The notes beneath the pieces are model-generated. The model made no database searches. It worked only from the letters and a program-made list of their open reading frames with translations, and was not told the origin of the DNA. A DNA stretch of 64,000 nucleotides from Podarcis melisellensis (lineage: Eukaryota), in assembly GCA_964234715.1 (NCBI GenBank), contig OZ174279.1; one strand, 5' to 3'. The position numbers and the translations under genes are program-made. This document shows positions 1 to 11,713 of the stretch, in pieces. Each line of letters starts with the position of its first letter. Position 1 is the first letter of the stretch.

Positions 1-106
1 GAAGTAAGGTGGGGAAAACTCCGGCATCAAATGGTTCCGCCCTGATTATCTCAGAAGTCCATTTCTGAACCAAAACCAGGGTGCCATTTCTTTATCCAGT
101 GCCATT

Positions 107-638
107 TGCCTTGGGCAGACCATGCCCGGAGTACTGTGTCCAGTTCTGGAAACCACAATTTAAGAAAGATATTGACGAGCTGGAACATGTGCAGAGGAGG
201 GTGACCAAGATGATCAAGGATCTGGAAACCAAGCCTTATGAGGAAGAGTTGAGGGAATTGGGTATGTTTAGCCTGGAAAAGAGGAGACTGAGAGGAAATA
301 TGGTAGCCATCTTCCAATATCTGAAGGACTGTCGCATGGAAGATGGAGCAAGCTTGTTTTCGCCTGCTCTAAAGGGTAGGATCCGAACCAATGGCTTCAA
401 GTTACAGGAAAGGAGATTCTGAGTAAACATCGGGAAGAACTTTCTGATGGTAACAGCTGTTTGACAGTGGAACAGACTCCCTCAGAAGGTGGTGGACTCT
501 CCTTCCTTGGAGGTTTTTAAGCAGAGGCTGGATGGTCATCTGGCATGGATGCTTTAGCTGAGATTCCTGCATTGCAGAGGGTTGGACACGATGACCCTTG
601 GGGTCCTTTCCAACACTGATTCTGTGATTTTATGATTC
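107..638 (+). mobile_element. CR1 LINE 3' fragment (end of ORF2 plus 3' UTR)
   Basis: EYCVQFW.P.FKKDIDELE.VQRR.TKMI...LFSLEKRRLRG-type CR1 peptide with stops; ends in ATTCTGTG/ATTTTATG repeat tail. Confidence 0.92.
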
Positions 639-3600
639 AATCCTAAATTCCCAGTAGCCTGACTACCAAGCATCTAGGCACATGGAGATTCTAAAACACT
701 AAGGCTGGCAACCATGCGCACATCAGTGGTCAAATTAAGAAACTTTATAAGGTATAAAGGAAGAGGGGGAACAGGCAGAAAGTCAAAACAAAATACAAAA
801 TAAACCTGAGCACAGTCTGAACTAACTGTAGCCTAAAAACAACCCTTGTTCAAGTTTACTCTCAAAGAAACAGCAGGGCTGGTCAGCTTCATAAGATTGT
901 CTTGGAACCCTAAAGCTGAAAAGGGAATGGGATTCTCTGGTGTTGAGGGGAACAAGCTGCAAAAAGCAGCCCAGCTTTTTGAAGGGGTTTTTTTGGGGGG
1001 GGGTCAGATATGCTTTCTCATATGCAAAAAAGAGGCCTAACAGGAGACACATGGCAATTGTTTAGGGAACTGGTGGGCAGCTCAGGCCCTTTCTTCACAT
1101 ATGTGTCCTGACCTTCTCACATACATATTTTATTAAGAGCTAGAATTCTATGTACATGAGATAATCTGTCCCACATAACTCAGTACTGTTTAAGATTGGA
1201 CTGCACATTGAGCCATAGGCTTTATAATACTTCAGTTCAAGTTTACATACTAATCAGAACCAAGTCACATCTGGTATCTTGCAAAATTGGTATTGCTTAA
1301 TATTAATCAATGCCTTTAGTAAGGAATTCTGGCTTGATCTAATGCTCACCTCTTGCAATATCTTGCTTTAAATGCAAAAAGAAACAAACCCATGGCTGGG
1401 TCAGAATTCTAGAAATGCCTCTACTGGGAAGGTAGCTGTGCTTTAGTGAAACAAACCACCTCATTAACAAGCTGGTTACTGGGAACACTTAACTGTAATC
1501 TCCTTGGGATCAGAGGGACTCAAGCAGCATTAATCCAAGGACTCTAGTTTAACTGGTTTGCAGATCAAGCTGCTAGCAGCTATGGCAGATGTGTTTTGGT
1601 GCACTCTTGCTTGTTGTGCAGAAATCTTTGTAGAGTTTCTGGAGTCCTTCCCATACCTCCCTAAGGACAAGATCCAAGAAACACAAACATTGCACCATCT
1701 TATCAACCCATTTTGCACACCTTTAACAACCATCACAGTCTGTGACCTTTCCTTTCCCCACCATTCTGTGTTCCCAGCAGTTTCTATTGAAGTTAGGTGT
1801 CGATAGTCACTGGTGCCTGATCTAAACAGCATGCCTTAAGCTCAGACATTGGACTGGAATGAGGTACTTGGGGTGTGTTCACACTTCTGTGGCTCCAGTG
1901 CTGGCTTTTTAACACATGTTCACACCCCAATATCCAGAATGTGTCGTGATCCTGGACTTCTTCATGGAATGCTTCCATTTGATGCATTGCTTCTCAAAGC
2001 AGCTTCATGCTGGCTTTTCCCCTCAGCATGTGCCTGATCCGTTTCCTTTAAGGGCGTGAACACCTCTACAAAAGACTACACATCAGCCAGGCACCGTGCC
2101 TAGATGGCACCAAACCTATAAACACACCTGTTTATGGATGAGGTAAGAAATCACACACACTTCCCAATGTGAGCATTTGCAGAAATGAATTAGGCACTGA
2201 CCAGTGCTGGTGAGAACAGACAGCAAGGGAATGTGTAGCGAAAAAGAACCAACAAAAAAGCATTCACTGCTCTTTAAGGTGTGAATGTGGAGATAGGATT
2301 CAAATCCCCACTGAGGCACACAAGCCAAGCCCTGGGTAACCTTGGGTTCTCTCAGCCAAATAAACCTCATAGGGGTACATGGGGGAGGGCTCCTTGAAGG
2401 GTGTGAAAAACATGTTGTAATACAGATGGTCCAATGTTGCAGAAATCACTTATTTCCTGACAGATGCAAATGTCTGGCTTGCCCACAGCTTTGGGTTAGG
2501 GAGGATGGAAGCCTGTAAATTGAATCATGCTTCAAGAGCAGCTAGCCATAGCAAAGGAAATCGCTTCCAGGCACAGCTCAGCTTCTGATGAGCCCCGTTT
2601 GAATTCCAGGCTCCAGCCTTGGTTTCAACTCAAACCACAAATCAAGAGGCAGAAGAGTTTGAAACACACTCAGAGTCTGGTGTGCCGCTCTGTCCAGACT
2701 GTTGCAATGTGCGATGTTTGGATTCAAAATATCCCTTGCTGCCAAGTTGAAGGCTAACTGGGAACCGGGCTATTGGGTCATCCTCTCAGAGGAATAGGCC
2801 CTGCCCATGGCTCAGTGTCCAGACCCGATTCTCAGCCAGTCCTGGGCCCTTGTTCCTCTGCCTCCTTCCAGTTCCCATCATTCAGTGGCCAAGTTCTTTT
2901 CATCCTGCCCTGGTGCTGCCAGAAGCGAATTATTAAAAGCTGCAGTTGCCCAGGTCCCTTTCCATCCCTCTACAGAACAGAGGGGAATGCTCTGACTAGA
3001 ACTAGGTTGAGGTATGTAGTAAAGAGTCCTTCCAGGATCAGCCACCCTCTGCTGTGGGATAAACCTTTGGAACCTGCAATTGTACAGTCTACTTCACTTC
3101 ACCAAGATGGCACCCACCATACATTCTGGTCTACAATTCCCATCAGGCCCGGACAGCCTGATGTTGGCTGGGGCTGATGGGAGTTGTTGTCCAAAACTGC
3201 TGTCGGGTACTAGGTTGATAAAGGCCAGTATGGAGGAAGGGAACAAAACCAGCACTTAAAGTTATAGGGAGGAAGCTGGAAGAGTCCCATAATAAAATCC
3301 ACAAGCCCCCTTCTTCTCCCCGCTGGCCTGTTTTAGACAACCATGTCTTCCCTATAGCCATTCTAAGCAGGGGCCATCGCAAAAGATTAAGGACTGGTTC
3401 CCTCCTGCAATTCAAACATTGGCATGGAGGGGGGGAAATTGCTGCTAAGGGGAGGGGAGGAACAGTCTAAAACAACCTAGCCACAGAGAAAAAGCATATT
3501 ACTAGAGAAAGGTTGCACCTTCTCTCTTCACCTGACCTGATCATACCCCCAGGCATGTAGCTTTCTGACACAAATTAGGGCAAGTGTGAGAAAACAGAGG

Positions 3601-4164
3601 TCTGTGTCAGACCATGAAAACAGACCCGGCACAGCTGTTTGGCAGGGTCTTTGTGCCACCAGACTCTTGCAGAGAGCCCTAAAGGAAGTTAACTTTCTTC
3701 TCATAGCAGTTAGGCCTCGTGCCAGAGATTTGACGGTGCTGATCTGGAGAGGTGCAGGACTGTCCGGCTCCAGCAACGCTTTCCAGGCTTGGCAAAGCAG
3801 AGCAACAAAATGGCACAAGAGGCCTTGGGCGCCAGACATTCAACAAAATGCCAAGACTTCCTCTCCAGACCCCACGTAGCTCTACACAAGAAGCGACTGC
3901 ACCCTTTTATATTTCAGCAACCCGATTGACAGGGATGCCGTTTAATTCAGTAACTCTTCAGTTCAGTCAGTTTATAGTTCTCTTTGGGCTTATGCCTCGA
4001 GCAGGGGGGTTCACTGCCACTCATGATAGCCCTGGGATGGGGAATGCGTGATTCTCCTGCTGCTCTTAGACGACAACTTCGACCATCCCTGACCATTGGC
4101 CAGGCTTGCTAGGGCTGATGGGAGTCGGAGTCCAACATCACCCGGAGGACTACAGATGTCAGAA

Positions 4165-4303
4165 GACATCTTAAGGCAGCCCTGTTTAGGGAAGTTTTAA
4201 ATGTGTGACATTTTAGTGTATTTTGGTCTCTGTGGAAGCTGCCCAGGTACAAATAATAAATCAATAATAATAAAATAATAATAATAACAACAACAACAAC
4301 AAC
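4165..4303 (+). mobile_element. LINE (L2-like) 3' tail ending in (AAT)n/(AAC)n
   Basis: gccctgtttagggaagtttt...ggaagctgcccag...aaataataa terminus common in lacertids (recall). Confidence 0.55.
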
Positions 4304-4579
4304 TGTCCTTTCTGCAGCCTCTTGAATCTTCCACTTGACTGCTCCTGTGAGCAAGCAAGTAGTGAGAGGAGCAAGGAGAAAGAACAATGGTTTGCACACT
4401 TCTTGTTCTTTTCCTCTGGGAGGCGGTACCAATTGGACCCAAGGGGAAAGGTAAGCAAATAGGCAGTGGCAACCATGCTCATGAATGAGGCACACTGACA
4501 GCACTTCGTCCAGACCCACTCACCCACCCCAAAAAGCTAGAATTGGCACTGCTTGGACCAATGAGACAGAACTGAGAGG

Positions 4580-4864
4580 AAGGGGTAGAGATCACACATT
4601 GCATGCATAAGGTCCCAGCTTCAGTCCCCAGGCTTTGCAGGGAGGGCTGGGAAATATTCCTGTCAGTCAGTGCAACAGATCTCTGTTCTCCAGTGCTGGG
4701 CCCCAGAGGCTGTTGGGACTACATCAAAGCCAGTGGTCAGCAATGGTGGGAGTTGTAGTCCAACACAACATCTGGGGAACCATGGTTGAAGAAGACTGTA
4801 GACCGTACTGAATTATATAGGCTGGAGGTCTGATGCAGTGTAAGGCAGATTCCTAATGTTCCTA
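4580..4864 (+). mobile_element. tRNA-derived SINE interrupted by a palindromic MITE (about 4683-4798)
   Basis: Decayed tRNA-like head (gtagag..tgcatgcataaggtcccagcttcagtcccc) and tail (aaggcagattcctaatgttccta). A reversed relative lies at about 16930-17145. Confidence 0.65.
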
Positions 4865-6067
4865 CAAAGTGCAGGATGGAACTCTTAAATTTCCCCATGC
4901 ATTTTACCAAAATGATGTCCAACTCAGAGTAGGCAAAAGAGATTAAAGATACAACACAACCACGTTCATGCAAAAGGAAGTATACATTTAAAGGTTGATG
5001 GAAATCCATCTAAGAAACACTTGGCTGCTATCCCATTAGTGGGTAATTATGAGCTCGGCATTATAACAAACTATGTGTGGACCTGCTGCTCTTTTCTATT
5101 GGCAATGGCATAAATCATCACCTTCAACTAACCCTTGATTCAACCTGGTGTCCACCAGACATTTTGGGCTACAATTCACATCAGCCGCAGTTAGCATAGC
5201 CAATGTCAAGGAGTGCGTATAGCCTACAAATTAAGCCCTGAAACCCTAAGATCAGATGAAAAGGGTTGCTCTTGCCACTCCCCTACATGTTGTCTCACAA
5301 AAACTATTACTCCCAAACATCTCCTGCATCACTTCTGCTGGTCCTTCTATGCTTTCTGAGGTCTGCTCTTATTCAGTGGTTGCTTAAATACAAGGTCAGG
5401 TTACTGGAATGGAAAACATGTGAATAAAGGCTGAAGTAAGTATTTTCATTTGCAGGCAATGCTGATAATTACAGAAGTTCTTAACTAGCTAAAATGCAGG
5501 CCCAAAGAAAAAGGGTAGCAGCTGCTGAGCAACATCAGAACAGGACAACCAGGAAAGAGGCTCATGGTGGATTAATATAGATATTTGGGTTGAGTGAGGG
5601 ATCCTCTTAACTGCAAGAATAAGAACTTGGAAGGTTATGGAAGTTAGTTACCTGTAGATTATTATTATTATGAAGAGTAGTTGTGCATCTATCAAGGACA
5701 TTAAATCTAGGGAATCTTAGGCTAGATGATACTGCTAGTAACACCACAAATTGCCTGTTTTAGTGAACTTGCTGCTATACTCTTGTGTCTGCAATTTCAG
5801 AGCTCAAAGAATATTATGTAAATCTTCCATTTGAACAGGCTGGCCTCTTGTGGACAGTATAAGGAACAGCACACATTAAGTACAAACTGTACTGTTTTTA
5901 ATTTAAATAAATGACACAGCATCCAACACAATGTCAATTAACCCGTAATTTCTAGAATGCATAGGTAATTTCAAATACTGTTAAAAGACAGTGTGTGCAT
6001 GGCCAAACCAAATGACAGTCAGAATTAGTTTGGATTCCTGCCCCTCCGCCCCGTAAGAGTCATTCAG

Positions 6068-6073
6068 TTTATT
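6068..6073 (-). terminator. Candidate TWNK polyadenylation signal (AATAAA)
   Basis: TTTATT on + strand about 1.17 kb downstream of the TWNK stop; first canonical hexamer I noticed. No transcript evidence. Confidence 0.4.
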
Positions 6074-7239
6074 AAAGTCATAAAGGTTGAGGGAAGACAC
6101 TTTTACTTCCATAAGCATTTCAGCTTATGAATTGATCAGAGTCAGTTGTGAGATAGGTTTTCAAAAAGCAGCATTTCTACATGTTTATATCCTAAACAGA
6201 GGTATCTCTTGGTGCTAAAACTGAAGTGAACAAAACCCAAACCCACTCAGCCTCAAAACCAGGGAGATCGATCCAAAAATTTGTTAGAACCATGAATGCT
6301 TTAGAAAAGGCTTTTTCAACAAAGTTTCTACTTTTCTTAACGACAGCATTTCAACAGCCCCCTTTGGAATACATCAATAGTATAGTTTTTCCTTCATGTA
6401 ATCTCCTCTCCTAAACTCACATTAGGCTAGAACAGTAAAGTCCAGAGCCAGTATGGAACAGGCATATAAGAAATAATTTGAAGGAAGGAAGGGCATTTCA
6501 GAGCGATTTACCTTTGTTCCAACCGTTTACTCAACCTCTACAGCTAAGTGCTTTGTCAATCCCTTTTGCCAAACCCATGGCTCATTTAAATCTCAGGATT
6601 TGATGACTCCTCCTCGGCTCAATTTAACCATTCTCACTTTAATTCAAGCCCTGAGATTAGGAGAGAAAGCACAGCTCCTGTTGTAACATTCACAATTTTA
6701 ACCAGTGATTTTTGCAATGCCTATGGATACAGCATGTCCCCTCTGATCCCATGCCAGGGATCTAACACTTTACTAGGCTGCAGCAAACCATTTTTCTGTA
6801 TGCATACTAGTGCAAGAAATACACAAAACAACTTGGAAGTACTTTCAATGTTCCTTTTGATATAGTCTCCACTCTTTGCAGCTACTGAGTCCAGGCCAAG
6901 GCTAAGCCGAAGACGGCAAAACAAAGCTACTTCCCTGCACCAACAGCACAATCTCCTCTGTGTTGCACAAATGGAGCCACCCAATAGTTGCCTCTTGGGT
7001 GGCATGAGGCAGGTATTTAAGTTTCCTCTCCAGATTATTGCTTGATTAGTAAAAGGATACTGGAAATCCTGTGACAACCCCACAGATTAGTCATACAGAT
7101 TTCCAGCACATTATCCCAACGGAAAACAGGCAACCAAGCAGGAAACATCCCGCCAGTGCCTTTCTTTGCAGTCCAATGATTATTCCTATGATCAGATGTG
7201 AGGCAGTGATTTTGCTGGCTTCCAACCCTTTTCCAAGTC

Positions 7240-7581
7240 CTACACTCCTCCTCCTCCTCCTCCTGGTTTGATGGGCTCATCAGGAGAAGTCCCTGGGGCA
7301 GAGGCTGTGCTGCTGGGGGACTGAGACCTCTGCTTCTTCGAAGCTCCACCGGCACCTGCTGGTTTCTTGGCAGGCACACCATTGTCATCCTTTACCTTCT
7401 TCAGCTTGGCTTTGCCTTTGACAGGGGTAGAAAAGGTGAGGGATGCTTTGCTGAACTCCAGGGGAAAGACTCCCACATCCCCATCAAAGCGATTCTTGGA
7501 GACCTGTAGATAGCGCTTTCCTGGGCCTGTCACCAGCTTCCTGTCCTGCAGGATTAGCACGTTGTCGGCTTCCTGGCTGGC
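7240..7581 (-). CDS. TWNK: TWNK coding exon 5 (terminal)
   Basis: tgcag|GCC AGC CAG ([15 protein letters not shown]...KNRFDGDVG...) to TAG at 7242-7240. Confidence 0.95.
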   Translation of the reverse strand, partial: ASQEADNVLILQDRKLVTGPGKRYLQVSKNRFDGDVGVFPLEFSKASLTFSTPVKGKAKLKKVKDDNGVPAKKPAGAGGASKKQRSQSPSSTASAPGTSPDEPIKPGGGGGGV

Positions 7582-10257
7582 CTGCACAGGAGACACAGAG
7601 GGAAAGTTATTGTTTGAGGGGAGAAGGGGCGGCCATTTTGTACAGCATGGAATGTAGCACAGCAGTATGAGGAGGAGGAGCCTGCAGCTAAAAAAGAAGC
7701 AGATTTAGAGTACATGCGATATGAATACAATTGTACTGAATGTGGTGTGTCTTAGGCCAGTCAGGTGATCTTGCTACACTTTCCCCAGGTTATCTGCACA
7801 GTTTTCCCAGCAAACAATTCGCAACAAGTTGAGATATGCAGTATTTTTCTCAGATCCTCCAGCCAGCTAAGGATCAAGAACCACAATGTAGGTACCTTCA
7901 TTGGATCAAAAATAATGGCACTTCTCTTTAAAAGTGAGAACGATACAATCTAATAAACGAGTAAGCACTTTAATCCCACTGACTGTAACGGGAGAAAATT
8001 AAGCACAAGTACATCAAAGGGTGCCAACTGAAGCCGTCCTACCTCTGTCACTAGGAGTTGCTAGGCAGAAGATGGTTAAATCATCTGACTATGGGTTGCC
8101 TAGTTAGACCACCCCAAATATGCAGAAAAAATGGATTCTTATGGGCCAGACATGGGGAACCTGTGGTTCTCAAGATGCTGTTGGCCGCCAACTCCTATCA
8201 GCCCCATCCAGGATAACCAGGGGTGATGGAAGTGGTAGCCCAACAACATCTGAAGGTCCACAGGTTACCCATACCCACTATAGCCAGAAGGGATCAAAGG
8301 GACAGAGAATTGCATACCAGACTTAGCAATTCCAACAGCCACTATGGTAGGGATACAGAGTGGTACAATGAACTCTTGAGTGTTATGGATAAAGTACACA
8401 CACTTTGAGCTAAGCTGGAAATATAAGCTCTCCAAAGACCAAATTTGCCCACTTCCACACAAATTCTCACCTTTGCAGACCCAAAAATCGAGGCCGTCTG
8501 CAACTCCCTCTCTTCATCTTCTTTCCGGGGGTGAATGACCACGGTGACGTGGCAGCTGTTTTCTGTGGCAAACTTCCGGAAGGCACCCACTATGTAGTCT
8601 TGCACAGCTAGCCTAGAATGGCAACATGGTGGAATAAATATACCTTGTAGCAAAAGTAATTACATTAAACACATGAATAGTGAAGTACAAAGAACACAAT
8701 TTGAAAAGAAAGGTTACTTGATGTTTACCTGCTAGAGAGGGGTAAAGAATATTAGTAGAGGATGAAAAGAAGAACTGCACATTCTCATAGTGAGAGACAC
8801 TATTTTCCTCTTGAACATGTTCCTATTTATTTATTATGTTCACTGCTTTTTATAAAAAGTCTCAAGGTGACTTACAAGACACTTAAAACACAGTACAACT
8901 TTTAAAATCCAAATACAGTACCATAAAATGACCACAAAAAATAAAACATAAAAAGGACTAGAAGGTCTAACTGTGGTTACTGTCACTACCAAAAGAATGC
9001 TTATCTATGGTTAAGGAAGAAATTCACTCTCAGTCAGGACTACTGTTTGCACCGGCATGATTGGTCACTATAAATAAGTGACACACCGAGTCATTTTTTT
9101 AAAGACGGTAGAGGAGAAATACAGTGTTGTAAAAAGAGAGTCTAGGCCAAAGGATGAATGCATGGGGGAGAGCTTACCTGTCCACATTGAGCTGTTCCTG
9201 GCCCATCATGAACTGGAGATTGTCGATGATCACATGACTGATATCATACATGTACACAGCATGCAGCATGGTGTCTATCACTGTCCTGCATGGAAGAGAC
9301 CATCACAATTACACACACATCTTTCATCATCAGTCCTGAAAAAGGAATGATTGAAATAAGGGTCACACATGGAAATATGAACAGGAATGCGGCCTTAGCA
9401 TCTGAACAACTAGAACATTGCTTCATGCCCACCACTGCATCACATCAAGAATATTAAGCCATGACATGCAGGAGGGAAGCTGCCACCCTGAACCTTACTT
9501 GATATTCTGATGCCCGTGGAAAGTCATGAAGTAGAGCGGAAGATCCTCAAACTTGTCTGCCCACTCGTCATACTTTTCCAGATGCTCTTCCAGCCTCCCC
9601 ATGGCAAACTGGGTAAGCATGATCTTGGCCAAGCGCACATTGTTGATCTCAAAGCTGCCCCACAAAGTGTTCACTCCCTGTGTGCAGAGGTCCAAGGCAT
9701 ATTCACTGATGAAGGTTGTCTTCCCACTGCCCGTTGGGCCTGTTCCACAGACAGGATAAAATTAATATGAGGACAGGCTGTTGCAACCTACAGGATAGAT
9801 GGTTTTCACCTTGAGTTTTCATGTGTAGACCAACACGCCCTTTCTTCTGAAAGACCACCCACTTCAGATGTAAACAAAAAAACAACCCAGTTATTTAGTG
9901 GGAGTAACGGCCATCAGCATTCATGGCAAGTAGTGACATGAAAATTGGTCCAAGGCAGAAAATAGCAAAATATAGGTTAGACTCCTTACATTCCTGAAGG
10001 AAAAAACGGACAGCTCAAGAGCCACCAGATTGAGGTAGTCCAACTCTGCAACAAGTCATTGAGCTGGCAAGCAGGCATTACAACAACAACAAAAAAAGCC
10101 AAGAACCACACAGTACTAAAGCATACTGCATCATTTTCTAATTGAAGGCTCAATAAGCCTTTGATTGTAAATGACTTGTAAATGAAAAGTCAGTCAGCTA
10201 CTGGCAGTATCCTTTGAAGAGACCCTAGGGAAGACACCCAGCTGAGATTTACAAGGG

Positions 10258-10289
<32 letters not shown>

Positions 10290-11543
10290 GAATGGAGAAT
10301 GAGAGTTAAAGTGTCACAAACCACATAGCTACACACCTGTGAATACAGTGAGCTCCCCTTTTCGATGGCCCTTGAGGAGGTTGTTCAGTTCTGGAAAACG
10401 AGCCCACTTGACACCTGCCACCTGCTCCACATTGGCCAGCTCCCCAAGCACCTCTTCCCGCAGCTGGCGAAATGAAATGATGGACTTGTGGCCAGCTGGT
10501 AGAGCGGAGCGCAGAATCTTGGTGAGGTTCATGCCCTGGGTGAAAGCTTCCAAGGGCTGTAGTTGTTGGTCACTTGGACGCACCAAAGAACAACGCTTCG
10601 GGTTCAGCTTGCGGGCAAAGAGTTTGGCAGCTTCCCAGGAGCGGAGGTCCTCCCCTAACCACAGGGTGATCCGCTTGAACTGTTCTAAGTAGGGGAGAAG
10701 GGCTGGCGGGAGGCAGGAAATCCCCCGGGGCAGGGCCAAAGTGGGTAGCCCAGTCACCTGGTGCAGCACCAATGTGTCCAGCTCACGGCCAGTCAGTACA
10801 ACTTCTGTATCTCGTCGGCTGATCAGAGGCAATCCAAAGAGGTTGTGATAGGCCGCAGGGCGAGGTAGGGTGTTCTCCACATAGTGCACCATTTCCCCTT
10901 GGCGCTCAACTCCCAGAAGCTTTAACCCCTTCAGGCTGGTGCCACGGGGGCTGAACCAAGGGAAAACCAAGGTCCGCGCTGTCCGCAAGTAACGTACTCC
11001 AAACCGTTTGAGTGTGGCATTTGAGACATTGGAAATGCCGAACATAGCCTTGGCCTCCTGCGTCTCCTGCTCATCCAGCAGTTCCCAGAGAGGCAGGGCT
11101 CGTTCCCATATATGCATGGCATCTTTCCCATCTTGGTCTCTTTGCCCACTGGCCTCTTCCAGGCCACCCACAGCCATCCCTTTATGTCGCAACTCTACAC
11201 TGGCCTGAAAGTCTTGCCAGTTACCTTCAGCCAATGAAGCTGTGCACAAAAAGCGGCCAGTGGTCTTGTCGATGAAGAGGCTGTAGCTATGGCGGACCTG
11301 CTGCTGCTCCTCCACAAAAATACTGGGCACGTGAAGACAACTATAGCCATCATGAAAGGGGATGCCCTGCGCCCTCAGATACTGGCGAATCTCTGTGACT
11401 GAAACTGGGGGGATCGGCCCTTCTGGGGACGGAAGCGTCTCTTTCTTGTAAGATCTGCAGGATTTGCTCCCTGCAAGGATCAGCCTGCCCCTAAGGGGCC
11501 AGTGGCTTGAAAGACTGCACAAGGAGCGGGTGAGGAACCACAT
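7240..11543 (-). CDS. TWNK: Twinkle mitochondrial DNA helicase, complete gene: join(11543-10337, 9739-9499, 9285-9178, 8612-8471, 7581-7240); 2040 nt, 679 aa
   Basis: Translation matches vertebrate Twinkle: [17 protein letters not shown], Walker [10 protein letters not shown] across exons 1/2, Walker [26 protein letters not shown]. Four GT-AG introns join in frame. Confidence 0.97.
8471..8612 (-). CDS. TWNK: TWNK coding exon 4
   Basis: tctag|G CTA GCT GTG CAA ([14 protein letters not shown]...IFGSAK)|gtgaga; 142 nt. Confidence 0.96.
9178..9285 (-). CDS. TWNK: TWNK coding exon 3
   Basis: tgcag|G ACA GTG ATA GAC ([28 protein letters not shown]) ... GAC AG|gtaagc; 108 nt. Confidence 0.96.
9499..9739 (-). 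CDS. TWNK: TWNK coding exon 2
   Basis: acag|GC CCA ACG GGC AGT GGG AAG (Walker A) ... ATC AA|gtaagg; 241 nt. Confidence 0.96.
10258..10284. repeat. (CA)n microsatellite in TWNK intron 1
   Basis: Seen directly. Confidence 0.95.
10337..11543 (-). CDS. TWNK: TWNK coding exon 1 (mitochondrial targeting peptide, primase-like domain, linker)
   Basis: ATG at 11543 (MWFLTRS...); ends ELTVFT-G|gtgtgt donor at 10336; 1207 nt, phase 1. Confidence 0.95.
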
Positions 11544-11713
11544 TTTTTCTGTACCAGTGGCAGAAGGATGCCTGCCAAGAGCATCCTCTCAAGGCAGTAA
11601 CCTTCCAGACTGGCACACTAAAAACTTCTGCTGGGAAACCTTCCCCCAAGAGCAACGTCTCCCATATCGAGAATTGCCTTATTTAACCTTGCTATAATAC
11701 CTCTCCCTCCTAA

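Noticed and set aside
81-422. 113-aa ORF as a host gene
   Set aside because: CR1 ORF2 remnant, truncated by stops.
4580-4640. tRNA gene
   Set aside because: Decayed tRNA-like head of a SINE; no complete cloverleaf.
1-7000. LZTS2 coding exons expected by synteny
   Set aside because: No matching coding sequence recognised; probably left of the window.
7240-11543. T7 gp4-like primase-helicase as a prophage or recent HGT signal
   Set aside because: It is the ordinary intron-containing nuclear TWNK gene in conserved synteny; its phage ancestry is ancient and well known.
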